64,000 nt of DNA from NCBI GenBank assembly GCA_963791775.1, contig CAWBTM010000005.1:52943-116942 (forward strand), in the 5' to 3' direction. A program made the translations under genes and the position numbers. The notes under the pieces were generated by a model. That model was not told the origin of the DNA and made no database searches. It was given only the letters and a program-made list of their open reading frames with translations. Positions 28,958-37,888 of this stretch are shown here, one piece after another (the first letter of the stretch is position 1; each line of letters begins with the position of its first letter). The DNA comes from an uncultured Actinomycetota bacterium. GTDB taxonomy: Bacteria; Actinomycetota; Actinomycetes; Propionibacteriales; Actinopolymorphaceae.

Positions 28958-29899
28958 GTGACCGCGCCGACCCAGGTCTCGACCGAGCACTGGCCGCACC
29001 TGTCCTCGCGAGGACGCGAACTCGACCCGGCACCGATCGCGCTGGGACAGCTGCGCGACTCCACCGACCACCGTGACGATCCGGCCGCTCTGCGGGAGCG
29101 GATGGCCGAGGACGGCTATCTGTTCCTGCCCGGCTTCTTCGACCCGGCCGCGGTGCAGGACGCGCGCCGGAGCATCACCGACCGGCTGCACGCGGAGGGC
29201 CTCACCGACCCGTCGTATCCGGCCGACCTCGCGGTCGCGCCGGAGGGCTCCGGGCTGGCGTTCAAACCTGATCTCGCCCATGACAACCCGGCCTTGCACC
29301 AGCTTCTGTACGGTCCACACCTGCTGGGGTTCTACGAGTCCCTGCTCGGCGGACCGGTGCGGCACTACGACTTCACCTGGATGCGGGCAGTTGCTCCGGG
29401 GCGAGGCACGGCTCCGCACGGGGACGTGGTGTTCATGGGGCGGGGCACCCACGACGTCTGCACCGCCTGGGTGCCGCTCGGCGACGCGGACTTCGAGCAG
29501 GGCGGACTGATGGTGCTGGAGGGATCGCACCGGCGGAGTGAGATCCGCGACGACTACGCCCTACGCGACGTCGACACCTACTGCACGAACGCCGACCCTG
29601 CCACCGACGACTCCACTGCCGGCACAGAACAGCCGCGCTGGACCGGAAGCCTGTCCGACGACCCGGTGGAAGTCCGCGAGCGCCTCGGTGGCCGCTGGCT
29701 GACCACGCAGTTTCGCGCCGGCGACCTGCTGACGTTCAGCATCTACCTGGTGCACGCCAGCCTGGACAACCACTCGAACCGGATCCGGCTGTCCTCGGAC
29801 TCGCGGTACCAGCTCGCGTCCGAACCCGTCGACGAACGCTGGATCGGCGAGGCGCCCATCGGCCACGGCCCGCAGGCGAAGCGCGGACTGATCTGCTGA
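28958..29899 (+). CDS. Phytanoyl-CoA dioxygenase (PhyH) family protein
   Basis: EDGYLFLPG, PHGDVVFMGRG (HxD), TAWVPLGD, GGLMVLEGSH, VHAS, RLSSDSRY. Confidence 0.93.
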   Translation: MTAPTQVSTEHWPHLSSRGRELDPAPIALGQLRDSTDHRDDPAALRERMAEDGYLFLPGFFDPAAVQDARRSITDRLHAEGLTDPSYPADLAVAPEGSGLAFKPDLAHDNPALHQLLYGPHLLGFYESLLGGPVRHYDFTWMRAVAPGRGTAPHGDVVFMGRGTHDVCTAWVPLGDADFEQGGLMVLEGSHRRSEIRDDYALRDVDTYCTNADPATDDSTAGTEQPRWTGSLSDDPVEVRERLGGRWLTTQFRAGDLLTFSIYLVHASLDNHSNRIRLSSDSRYQLASEPVDERWIGEAPIGHGPQAKRGLIC

Positions 29900-29900
29900 C

Positions 29901-29937
29901 GTCTGAAGGTCTGAAGGTCTGAAGGTCTGCTGAAGGT
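29901..29937. repeat. 8-bp tandem repeat (GTCTGAAG)x3 plus a partial copy
   Basis: Read directly, right after the PhyH stop codon. Confidence 0.85.
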
Positions 29938-30042
29938 TGCCGAGCGCGGAGCGTGGACATCGCCGGGCCCGTTGGGCAGTGTGTACGACGTGGTGTGCGT
30001 ACCGCCCCACACACGACCTTCGGGGAGGCCCACGTGGGCGCG

Positions 30043-30627
30043 ATGTTCGACCTCGGCCCGGCGACCCAGCGGCTTGCCGACCTGGTGAGCAGTGTCCGCG
30101 ACGACCAACTGCAGGCGCGTACGCCGTGTGAGGGTTACACGGTCGGCGACCTGCTCGACCACATCGGCGGGCTGTCGATCGCGTTCACCGCCGCCGCGCG
30201 TAAGGCCCCGTTGGAGGGCGTGCCCGACGGTCCGCCGCAGGCCTCGGCCGACAACCTGCGGTCGGACTGGCGGGACAGCATTCCGCGCGGGCTGGCGGAG
30301 CTCGCCACCGCCTGGGCCGACCCGGCCGCCTACGAGGGCCAGGCCAACGCCGGCGGCCTCGTCCTGCCCGCGCACGTCGCCGGCATGGTGGCGCTGGAGG
30401 AGTGCGTGCTGCACGGATGGGACCTCGCCCGCGCGACCGCCCAGCCGTTCGACGTCGACGAGGAAAGCACGAAGGTGGTGTTCGAGTTCACCTCGATGGC
30501 GGCCTCCTCCGAGCAGATGTCCAACCGCGAGGGCCTGTTCGGCGCGGTGGTGGACGTCCCGGCCGACGCGCCGATCTTCGACCGCGCTCTCGGCCTCAGC
30601 GGGCGCGACCCCAACTGGTCGGCATGA
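30043..30627 (+). CDS. TIGR03086 family (MDMPI-like) metal-binding protein
   Basis: TPCEGYTVGDLLDH, ECVLHGWDLARATAQ, LGLSGRDP. Confidence 0.92.
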   Translation: MFDLGPATQRLADLVSSVRDDQLQARTPCEGYTVGDLLDHIGGLSIAFTAAARKAPLEGVPDGPPQASADNLRSDWRDSIPRGLAELATAWADPAAYEGQANAGGLVLPAHVAGMVALEECVLHGWDLARATAQPFDVDEESTKVVFEFTSMAASSEQMSNREGLFGAVVDVPADAPIFDRALGLSGRDPNWSA

Positions 30628-31091
30628 GTCCGGGCACCTGCTACACCTGCGACCGCGAGGCGGAGTTCGACCGGTTGCCGCCGCGGGAGGTGATCGGCCA
30701 TGACGACTTCTGGCGCGTCGTGCACAGCACCGGCAGCGGACTGCTCGGCTGGCTGGTGCTGGTGCCCCGCCGGCACGTCATGGAGATGGCCGAGCTGACC
30801 ACCGAGGAGGCAGCCGGCCTGGGGATGTGGCAACTGCGATTGGCGCGGGCACTGGCGGAGGAGTTCGGAACGCCCAAGACCTACGTCGCGGAGTTCGGTG
30901 AGGCGCCCGGATTCCACCTGCACTTCCACGTCGTACCGCGTCCGGTCGACCTCGACCCTGCTCTGCGCGGCCCGAAGGTCTTCGGTCTGATCGGCCTGGA
31001 CGAGGCGGACGAGGTGAGTACGCACGAACGCGACGCGCTCGCGCTGCGGCTCGCGGCCCGGCTGCGTACCCAGGCGAGTTCAGGCGTCTGA
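30624..31091 (+). CDS. HIT family protein
   Basis: CYTC, LVPRRHV, FHLHFHVVPR. Confidence 0.92.
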   Translation: MSPGTCYTCDREAEFDRLPPREVIGHDDFWRVVHSTGSGLLGWLVLVPRRHVMEMAELTTEEAAGLGMWQLRLARALAEEFGTPKTYVAEFGEAPGFHLHFHVVPRPVDLDPALRGPKVFGLIGLDEADEVSTHERDALALRLAARLRTQASSGV

Positions 31092-32312
31092 GCCGGCCGG
31101 CGCGGGTGCCGCCCGCAAGGTGACGATGCCGGCCGTACCGTCGACGGTGACGAACTCGCCGTCGCGGATTCTGGACGTGGCGTCCGGTACGCCGAGCACG
31201 GCGGGAAGGGCGTACTCGCGGGCGACGATCGCGGCATGGGACAGCGCGCCTCCGGTCTCGGTGACGACAGCTGCCGCGATCCGGAACAACGGAGTCCAGG
31301 CCGGGTCGGTGGTGAAGCAGACGAGGACCTCTCCGGGCTGTACGCGTGAGAAGTCCGAGGCGCCGCGCAGGATGTGCGCCGGCCCCGTGACAGTTCCGTT
31401 GCTGCCGGGCGTCCCGATCAGTTCCGTGGCGGTGACTCCCGAGGTGCCATCGGGCAGGCCGGGAAGCGGTGCGGTGATCGGGCGGGCCTGGAGAATCCAG
31501 ATCCGCCCGTCCGCGGTCGCCCATTCCACATCCTGGGGTGCACCGAGCACGTCGGCGATCCGGTGGCCGATAGCGGCGAGCTCGGTGATGGCGGCGTCGT
31601 CCAGTACCTGCCGCCTTCGCTGGGATTCGGGGACGGGGCGGCGGATGAGGCCGGCTCCGTCACGGTCGAGCCGGGTCGACTTGTCCGGGGTGATGCGAGT
31701 GATGCGCCCGGCCGCGCCGACCTCGTAGCTGTCGGGGGTGAGCGTCCCGTCGGCCACGCTGGGTCCGAGCCCCCAGGCCGCCTCGATCCGCGTACTGCTC
31801 CGCGTCTGGTCCGGGGTGAACATCACCCCGGAGATCTCCGCGTCCACCAGCCGCTGCACCAGCACCGCCATCGGTGCGCCGCCCGGCTCCTCCGGTGGGC
31901 GGGTCCGGGTCCGGTAGCCGGCCACGCGATCGGAGGTGGCAGAACGCCGGCATGTGGCGATGGCATCCAGCACCGCACGGACGCCGCGTACGGCCAGAAC
32001 GGATTCGTACTGCCCCGCGGCCGATGCCTCACCGCTGTCCTCGCCCGCGGCCGACGAACGCACCGCAACCGGGGGATCGCCCAGCTTCGCGAGCTCCTGT
32101 GCCACGCGCTCGGTCAGAAGGTCCGGCAGCGTCCATCCGCCGCAACCGTCCGGATCGGCCTGCTCCGGTGTCGTGGAGTGGGCTGCTCGGTACGCGTCGA
32201 AGGTCACGACGAAGCCTTCGGGGACGAAGAAGCCGTGCTGGAGAAGCGTCGCGAGAGTTGCCGCCTTCGCCCCGCACGTGTCCGGGGTGGCGGCTGCCAG
32301 TGACGTGATCAC
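31080..32312 (-). CDS. PEP/pyruvate-binding (ATP-grasp) plus PEP-utilizing His-swivel protein, no substrate domain
   Basis: GAKAATL, VPEGFVV, VAVRSSAAGED...SAAGQY, VLVQRLV...SGVMFT, QDVEWA, LQARPIT; then TDPAWTPLF, TETGGALSHAAIVAREY, VDGTAG. Confidence 0.92.
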   Translation of the reverse strand: MITSLAAATPDTCGAKAATLATLLQHGFFVPEGFVVTFDAYRAAHSTTPEQADPDGCGGWTLPDLLTERVAQELAKLGDPPVAVRSSAAGEDSGEASAAGQYESVLAVRGVRAVLDAIATCRRSATSDRVAGYRTRTRPPEEPGGAPMAVLVQRLVDAEISGVMFTPDQTRSSTRIEAAWGLGPSVADGTLTPDSYEVGAAGRITRITPDKSTRLDRDGAGLIRRPVPESQRRRQVLDDAAITELAAIGHRIADVLGAPQDVEWATADGRIWILQARPITAPLPGLPDGTSGVTATELIGTPGSNGTVTGPAHILRGASDFSRVQPGEVLVCFTTDPAWTPLFRIAAAVVTETGGALSHAAIVAREYALPAVLGVPDATSRIRDGEFVTVDGTAGIVTLRAAPAPAGSDA

Positions 32313-32370
32313 GGATCTCCTGTCAACGCTGTCTTTCCGGCCACCGCTGTCTCCTGCCTTCACCGAAGTA

Positions 32371-32410
32371 TCAACGGATTGTTGACAACGTTATGTTGAT
32401 TGTTCAGGAT
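32371..32410. promoter_or_regulatory. Tandem CAAC-N5-GTTG operators overlapping a sigma70-type promoter
   Basis: TCAACggattGTTGA and ACAACgttatGTTGA share one base; TTGACA-N17-CAGGAT ends 6 nt before ATG 32417 (leaderless geometry). Confidence 0.65.
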
Positions 32411-32416
32411 GGCGGC

Positions 32417-32812
32417 ATGGAACGCAAGCGCGATCGGAGCCCCACCTCGACCGGCGGACATGCCGAGGTGCAACGAGAACGGGACGCCCGGCAGCGCCTG
32501 CTCGCCGCCGGAGCCGACGACCTGAAGTCACCCCCGTGGAGGCCCGCGCCCGCACCGCCGTCCGCCGTCGACCTCGTGCAGTTCGCGGTCTGGCGATCGG
32601 CCGGCCTGGATCCGGACGACCTGCTGAGCGCACTTGCGCTGATGCCCGCCGCGCGAGCCGAGATCGAGGGTGTGGAGGCGGGCCTGCTGTTCAGCGCCAG
32701 GAGCGCCGGCCTGACCTGGGCTCAGATCGCCGAGGCCATGGGGTTCCGCTCACCGCAGGCCTGTCAGCAGCACTTCGGCCGGCTCACCACCAAGCGGGGA
32801 GAGCGGCCATGA
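32417..32812 (+). CDS. HTH DNA-binding protein
   Basis: ARSAGLTWAQIAEAMGFRSPQACQQHF. Confidence 0.82.
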   Translation: MERKRDRSPTSTGGHAEVQRERDARQRLLAAGADDLKSPPWRPAPAPPSAVDLVQFAVWRSAGLDPDDLLSALALMPAARAEIEGVEAGLLFSARSAGLTWAQIAEAMGFRSPQACQQHFGRLTTKRGERP

Positions 32813-33444
32813 CGCCACCCCCTTCGCCAGAACTCCTCGTACTCCATGGAGTACGGCTGCTCGGGTTCGCCGACACGTCCGAGGTCGCCGGGCGCTTTGC
32901 CCTCGATCCTGGGGACGCGGCACGAATGCTGGCCACGGCCGAGAAGCGAGACTGGGTGCAGCACACCGCGTTCGCCGACCTCGGCGGATGGTCACTGACC
33001 GAAGAAGGCAAGGCGGAGAACGAGAGGCAGCTCGCCGAGGAGCGCGTCCGATCCGATCCGGAAGACGTGATCGGATCGACCTACCGGGAGTTCCTGCCAC
33101 TGAACGCACGGCTTCTGCGGGCCTGCACCGACTGGCAACTGGCTCCTTCCGGCGGTGCCACCCTCGCGGTCAACGAGCACACCGACCAGGACTGGGACGC
33201 GCGGATTCTGGACGAACTCGCCGCCCTGCACCGCGCGATCGTCCCACTGGTGGGTCGGCTCACCGACGTGCTCAGCAGGTTCGCCGGCTACGACGCGCGC
33301 TTCGCCGCCGCGCTCCAGCGCGCCTGGTCCGGCGAGTACGACTGGGTGGACCGCACCAACGTCGACTCCTGTCACCGGGTCTGGTTCCAGCTGCACGAGG
33401 ACCTGGTCGCGACCCTGGGCATCGACCGCGGCGCCGAGCACTGA
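32809..33444 (+). CDS. wHTH plus helical-bundle protein, Rv1126c-like
   Basis: LLVLHGVRLLG, LTEEG, YREFLPLN..L.RACTDWQL, NEHTD..WD, DSCHRVWFQLHEDL; resemblance to M. tuberculosis Rv1126c is from memory. Confidence 0.75.
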   Translation: MTPPPSPELLVLHGVRLLGFADTSEVAGRFALDPGDAARMLATAEKRDWVQHTAFADLGGWSLTEEGKAENERQLAEERVRSDPEDVIGSTYREFLPLNARLLRACTDWQLAPSGGATLAVNEHTDQDWDARILDELAALHRAIVPLVGRLTDVLSRFAGYDARFAAALQRAWSGEYDWVDRTNVDSCHRVWFQLHEDLVATLGIDRGAEH

Positions 33445-33462
33445 CCGCGCCGGTCGGCGCGT

Positions 33463-34227
33463 TCAGCCGCGCGTGAGGCCGTCCGCCACCCAGTCACCAC
33501 GCTCGCAGTGAACCGTCGCCGTCACCGGCTCAGCCCCCCTCAGCGCCTGCTCCGCGAGCGACGGGTCGGTCCCGCCGGAGGTGCCGGCGGTGACGTGCAC
33601 CCGGATCGTCACCGCCTCCCACCGGTCCAGCGGCAGCCAGCTCCCTCGCTGCGCCTTCAGCACGGCGACGTACGGCGGGGTCAGCGCGTTGTCCCGGGCC
33701 GGCATCGGCCCCTCCACCGACTCCCAGTCACCAGTGACCGAGGACGTCCCGCTCTCCGTGCACGGGACCGGCAGATCCAGTTCCGTGACCCGTGGCGGCA
33801 GCGACCGAAGGGAACCGGACACGAACAGGCCCTCGTCGGTCATCACCGCCACCGTCGGGTCGACCCCGGACAGGGCCCGCACCTCCAGGTCCGCGCCTGC
33901 GCACCCGGCCTTTCCGGTACCCAGGAGGCGCCCGGGTCTCGGTCGGCGCAACGGCTCGCCGTGGCCCACGTAGCTCCGGCCCTGGAACTCCAGCAGCGCG
34001 GCGCACGACGCGTCACCGGTTCCTGCCCGCTCCGGCGGCCGGTCGGCGGCCAGCCAGACAGCGCTCGCGACGACGATCAACGCTGCCGCGGCGGCTGCCG
34101 GTATCGCCGCCACCCGGCGCGAGCGTCGGCGCCTCGCGCGGGCAGTGCGGTCGAGGCCGGTGAACTCGGGAGCGTGTTCGGCGGCATCCGCCAAGTCGGT
34201 GCGCAGCCGGGTCTCGAAATCGGTCAT
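33463..34227 (-). CDS. Single-TM protein with DUF6281-like domain (putative anti-sigma partner)
   Basis: MTDFETRLR, RRRR plus TM helix, SCAALLEFQGRSY...GVDPTVAV; ATGA overlap with the sigma gene. Confidence 0.7.
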   Translation of the reverse strand: MTDFETRLRTDLADAAEHAPEFTGLDRTARARRRRSRRVAAIPAAAAAALIVVASAVWLAADRPPERAGTGDASCAALLEFQGRSYVGHGEPLRRPRPGRLLGTGKAGCAGADLEVRALSGVDPTVAVMTDEGLFVSGSLRSLPPRVTELDLPVPCTESGTSSVTGDWESVEGPMPARDNALTPPYVAVLKAQRGSWLPLDRWEAVTIRVHVTAGTSGGTDPSLAEQALRGAEPVTATVHCERGDWVADGLTRG

Positions 34228-34754
34228 CGTGTGCTCCGGTGGTCTGAGTCCCCAGGGTCAAGCGCCCGCTTCAACTTCGGGATGGCGCGGTGCACCAGTG
34301 ACCGCACGGTGGCGCGCGAGCAGCCCAGAATCTCGGCGATGTCGGGGTCGGTGCGGTCCTCGTAGTAGCGCAGTACCACGGCCGCACGTTCGCGGTCGGA
34401 AAGGCTGCGCAGTGCGGTGAACACGTCGAGCCGGTCCCCCGCCGCGGAGGTCGGGTCGGTGGTCGCAGGACCGGCGCCGCGGAGTCTCGGCAGTGCCCGC
34501 AGGTGCGTTCGGACTCGCCGGCCGCCGCTACGGTGCTCGTTGAGCACGGCTCGTCGGGCGTACGTCCGCGGATCGGCGAGGTCGTCGATCCCGCGGTCGA
34601 CCAGCCGCAACAGCACCGTCTGCACGAGATCTTCCGACGCGGCGGCGTTGCCACCGGTGAGCAGGAACGCGAACCGCAGCAACGCCTGGCCCTCGGCCTG
34701 GGCGAACGCGTCCAGGGTGCTCCCGGTGCTCGGCTGCGCCTCGATGTGACTCAC
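34224..34754 (-). CDS. ECF RNA polymerase sigma factor (SigE family)
   Basis: LLRFAFLLTG...SEDLVQ, YARRAVLN, LSDRERAAVVLRYYED...IAEILGCS.ATVRS. Confidence 0.9.
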   Translation of the reverse strand: MSHIEAQPSTGSTLDAFAQAEGQALLRFAFLLTGGNAAASEDLVQTVLLRLVDRGIDDLADPRTYARRAVLNEHRSGGRRVRTHLRALPRLRGAGPATTDPTSAAGDRLDVFTALRSLSDRERAAVVLRYYEDRTDPDIAEILGCSRATVRSLVHRAIPKLKRALDPGDSDHRSTR

Positions 34755-34985
34755 ACCCCTCACACGTGCGGCCGGGCCGGACTGTTGCGGTCGCTGCCGA
34801 CGAAGTTCCCGAACAACGAATGATGCCCCGCCGGCCGCTCCGGCTGCTTGGGAGTTCACCGGGCAGAGGCTACGGTCGGAGGTGGCCAGCACGCGATCCG
34901 ATCCATACCGCGATCCGGTCCGCGATCCAGACCGCGTACGACCGAACGGCGGCCTGGCAAGGCGGCCTTGACAAGGGGTGGTCCG

Positions 34986-35786
34986 GTGTCGACCAAACGA
35001 GCCGAGGACGCGAAGCCGGCAACGACCGATCTGCTGCGCGCCGCGTTGGTCCTGCTCACGGCGGTGGGACAGTTCGTCGTGGGGTCGCTGGGCGGTACCG
35101 GCGCGATCGGGAAGTCCGTCGGTACGGTCGCGCGCGCCAACGACACGCCGATCCTGCCGGGTAGTGCGGCGTTCGGTATCTGGTCGCTGATCTACCTCGG
35201 CATCCTGGCGCTGGCGATCTACCAGCTGCTGCCCCGCCAGCAGGTCCGCGAACTGCACCGGCGTACGGGCTGGTGGTTGGCGGCCGCTGGGATCTTCAAC
35301 GCCGGCTGGGTTTTCGTCTACAGCGCGCAGAAGGTGTATCTCGCGCAGGTCGTCATCGTCGCGTTGCTGGCCTGCCTCGCGGTCGTGCTGCACCGGCTGT
35401 CCGCCCTGCCCGCGCGGTCGTGGCAGGACCGGCTCTTCTTCTACGGGCCGGTGATGCTCTACGCGGGCTGGGTGAGTGTCGCGACCGTGGTCGGGGCGGC
35501 CTCCACCGGTGCCGCGGCCGGGCTGCCCGGCTCGGGTGCGGGCGCGCTCGCCGCGGGCTCGGTCATCCTGCTCGTCACCGCGGCGATCGCGGTGCTGATC
35601 GTGCGGGCCGCGCGGGCGGTGGTGCCGTTCGCGGCGGCGGTGGTGTGGGCACTCACCTGGATCGCGCTGGCCGACGCGGGAGTTCCCGTCACCGCCTGCG
35701 CCGTGGTCGCGGCCGTGGTCGTGGTGGTCGCGGGTGCGGTCCGGATCCGCCGGGATCGGGTCCCGGTCGCCGCCGCGTTCGGCTGA
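34986..35786 (+). CDS. Tryptophan-rich sensory protein (TspO/MBR-like)
   Basis: PGSAAFGIWSLIYLG, YQLLP, NAGW, LYAGWVSVAT. Confidence 0.8.
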   Translation: MSTKRAEDAKPATTDLLRAALVLLTAVGQFVVGSLGGTGAIGKSVGTVARANDTPILPGSAAFGIWSLIYLGILALAIYQLLPRQQVRELHRRTGWWLAAAGIFNAGWVFVYSAQKVYLAQVVIVALLACLAVVLHRLSALPARSWQDRLFFYGPVMLYAGWVSVATVVGAASTGAAAGLPGSGAGALAAGSVILLVTAAIAVLIVRAARAVVPFAAAVVWALTWIALADAGVPVTACAVVAAVVVVVAGAVRIRRDRVPVAAAFG

Positions 35787-35803
35787 TGCGTTCGGGCGGC
35801 GGC

Positions 35804-36319
35804 TCAGCTCGTACGGCGTTCCACCACTCCGCGGATGAACGCGGCCTGGCCGGCGTGCTGGAGGTCGTCGCTGATCACGCTGACCAGCCGTACGGCCAAC
35901 GTCACCGGCGGGTCCCAGGCCTCGTCCACCACGCGCGGAAGGTAGTCGTCACCGAGACCTTCGATGTAGGCGACCGTCGCCCGGTGAACGGCGTCGTAGT
36001 ACCCCGTCAGCAGGTCGGCCGAGTCGACCCGCACCTGCCCGACCTCCTTCGGGCTGTTGCCGTACCCCGTGGCGGAGGGCTCGAAGGGCAGGTCGAAGCG
36101 CTCGAACCAGCTGTCGGCGGTCCAGACCTGTTCGGTCCCCGCGGCGTCGGCGACATGGTCGTCCTGGACCCGGGTCAGGTGCCAGACCAGCCAGGCGATC
36201 GAGTTGGCCTCGCCGTCCACGCGGTAGGCCAACTGCTCCGCCGTCAGGCCCTCCACGGCCTGGTGGACCGTCTCGCGGACCCGGTCGAACGCGTCCACCA
36301 GCAGCTTCGAACTGGACAT
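35804..36319 (-). CDS. DinB-family / mycothiol transferase (DUF664-like)
   Basis: ANSIAWLVWHLTRVQDDH, WDPPVTL.VRLVSV..DDLQHAGQAA. Confidence 0.92.
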   Translation of the reverse strand: MSSSKLLVDAFDRVRETVHQAVEGLTAEQLAYRVDGEANSIAWLVWHLTRVQDDHVADAAGTEQVWTADSWFERFDLPFEPSATGYGNSPKEVGQVRVDSADLLTGYYDAVHRATVAYIEGLGDDYLPRVVDEAWDPPVTLAVRLVSVISDDLQHAGQAAFIRGVVERRTS

Positions 36320-36499
36320 CCGGTCACTCCTCCGGTCGTCGGTCTGCGTCGTCTGAGTCTGTCGTGCTCCGTTAGCAGCTTCGCAAACCCCGGGAACGCT
36401 GGGGAACGGCGGGATGTGGCCACCTCCGACCGGACCGGGTGACGGTCCCCGATGGAACAATCGGTCGGCGGTGCACTCGCAACCGTCCACGGAGGACAC

Positions 36500-37255
36500 G
36501 TGAACGACCAGGACCGTTACCTGTTCGACCTGCAGGGCTACCTCACGATTCCCGACGCCATTCCGGCCGATCTGCTGCAACGACTGAACGCCCGACTCGA
36601 CGAGATGGCCGAGCGGGAGGCCGAGCCGGACATGCGTACGCACCGGTTCGGCGACCTGCTGGGGCGCGACGCGGCGTTCCGGACCCTGATGGACCTGCCG
36701 CCGGTGGTGGACGTGCTCGACGACGTTCTCGGCGCCGACTTCCGCCTCGACCACACCTACGCCGACATCATTCGTTCCGGGGACGGCCCGATCGGCACGG
36801 TCCTGCACGGTGGTGCGGTGCCGTTCCGCGCCTCGGAGTACTACACCGTCACCCCCGACGGCCGGATCCGCAGCGGCCTGGTCGCGGTCGGCTTCAACCT
36901 CAAGGACGTCGGGCCCGACGACGGCGGGTTCGCCTGCGTGCCGGGCAGCCACAAGAGCGCGTTCCCGTTCCCGAACGACTGGAAGCAGCTCGCCAACCAG
37001 CATCCCTGCGTACGCCGGGTCACCGGGCCGGCCGGGACGGCGGTCGTCTTCACCGAGGCGCTCGTGCACGGGACGCTGCCCTGGCGTGGTGCGGACGAGC
37101 GGCGGACGGCGTTCTACAAGTACAGCCCGGCGGCGGTGTCGTGGTCGGCGGACTACTACGACGCTGACGAGTATCCCGACCTCACCGAGCGGCAGCGCAC
37201 CATGCTGGAGGCGCCGAACGCGCGGTACCGCAGCCGGCGCACCGCCAGGGCGTAG
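36500..37255 (+). CDS. Phytanoyl-CoA dioxygenase family protein
   Basis: YLFDLQGYL, FRLDH, LHGG, GGFACVPGSHK, FTEALVHGT.PW...RR. Confidence 0.9.
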   Translation: MNDQDRYLFDLQGYLTIPDAIPADLLQRLNARLDEMAEREAEPDMRTHRFGDLLGRDAAFRTLMDLPPVVDVLDDVLGADFRLDHTYADIIRSGDGPIGTVLHGGAVPFRASEYYTVTPDGRIRSGLVAVGFNLKDVGPDDGGFACVPGSHKSAFPFPNDWKQLANQHPCVRRVTGPAGTAVVFTEALVHGTLPWRGADERRTAFYKYSPAAVSWSADYYDADEYPDLTERQRTMLEAPNARYRSRRTARA

Positions 37256-37413
37256 GACGCGGAGGGCGCCGGCCCATCGACCGGCGGTTCCTTCGGTTTG
37301 AGGACGAGAACTGGCCGGAATGACTTCTAGGTTGTTCCTGTGAGCGCGGCCCTCCCGCCGCGTCCGACCACAAGCTCAGTGGCTCGAAGGCTCAACCGAA
37401 GGGAAGTCGTTCC

Positions 37414-37785
37414 ATGGACTGGAAGCTCGAACTCGTCGCGGTCCCCGTCTCCGACGTCGACAAGGCGAAGGCGTTCTACGTCGACCAGGTCGGCTTCAAC
37501 GCCGACCACGACCACGAGGTCAGCGAGGAGATCCGGTTCGTCCAGCTCACCCCACCCGGCTCGGCGTGCTCGATCAGCATCGGCCGGGGCGTCACCGAGG
37601 CCGACCCCGGCTCGGTCGAGGGCCTGCAGCTGGTGGTGTCCGACATCCACGCCGCGCACGCCGAACTCAGCGGGCGCGGCGTGGACGTCAGCGAGGTGCA
37701 GGAGTTCCCCTGGGGTTCGTTCGTCTTCTTTGCCGACCCCGACGGCAACCGGTGGGCGGTACAGGCGATCCCGAACCGCGGCTAG
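37414..37785 (+). CDS. VOC/glyoxalase family protein
   Basis: KLELVAVPVSDVDKAKAFY, VQLTPPGS.CSI, FADPDGNRW. Confidence 0.93.
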   Translation: MDWKLELVAVPVSDVDKAKAFYVDQVGFNADHDHEVSEEIRFVQLTPPGSACSISIGRGVTEADPGSVEGLQLVVSDIHAAHAELSGRGVDVSEVQEFPWGSFVFFADPDGNRWAVQAIPNRG

Positions 37786-37824
37786 ACCCTGAGCAGCTTT
37801 CGAAGGCGCTTCCTGTTCGGGTCG

Positions 37825-37862
37825 ATGACCCTGGCATGGCCGGTCGGGCATGCCAGGGTCAT
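37825..37862. terminator. Hairpin between convergent genes
   Basis: ATGACCCTGGCATG-N10-CATGCCAGGGTCAT. Confidence 0.75.
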
Positions 37863-37888
37863 TGCCGGCCGGCGTTGGTTGTCGCCGG

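Noticed and set aside
31080-32312. Rifampin phosphotransferase (rph) or PEP synthase (ppsA) call
   Set aside because: Less than half the usual length; both the RIF-binding and pyruvate-binding domains are missing; I saw no rifamycin-associated element upstream
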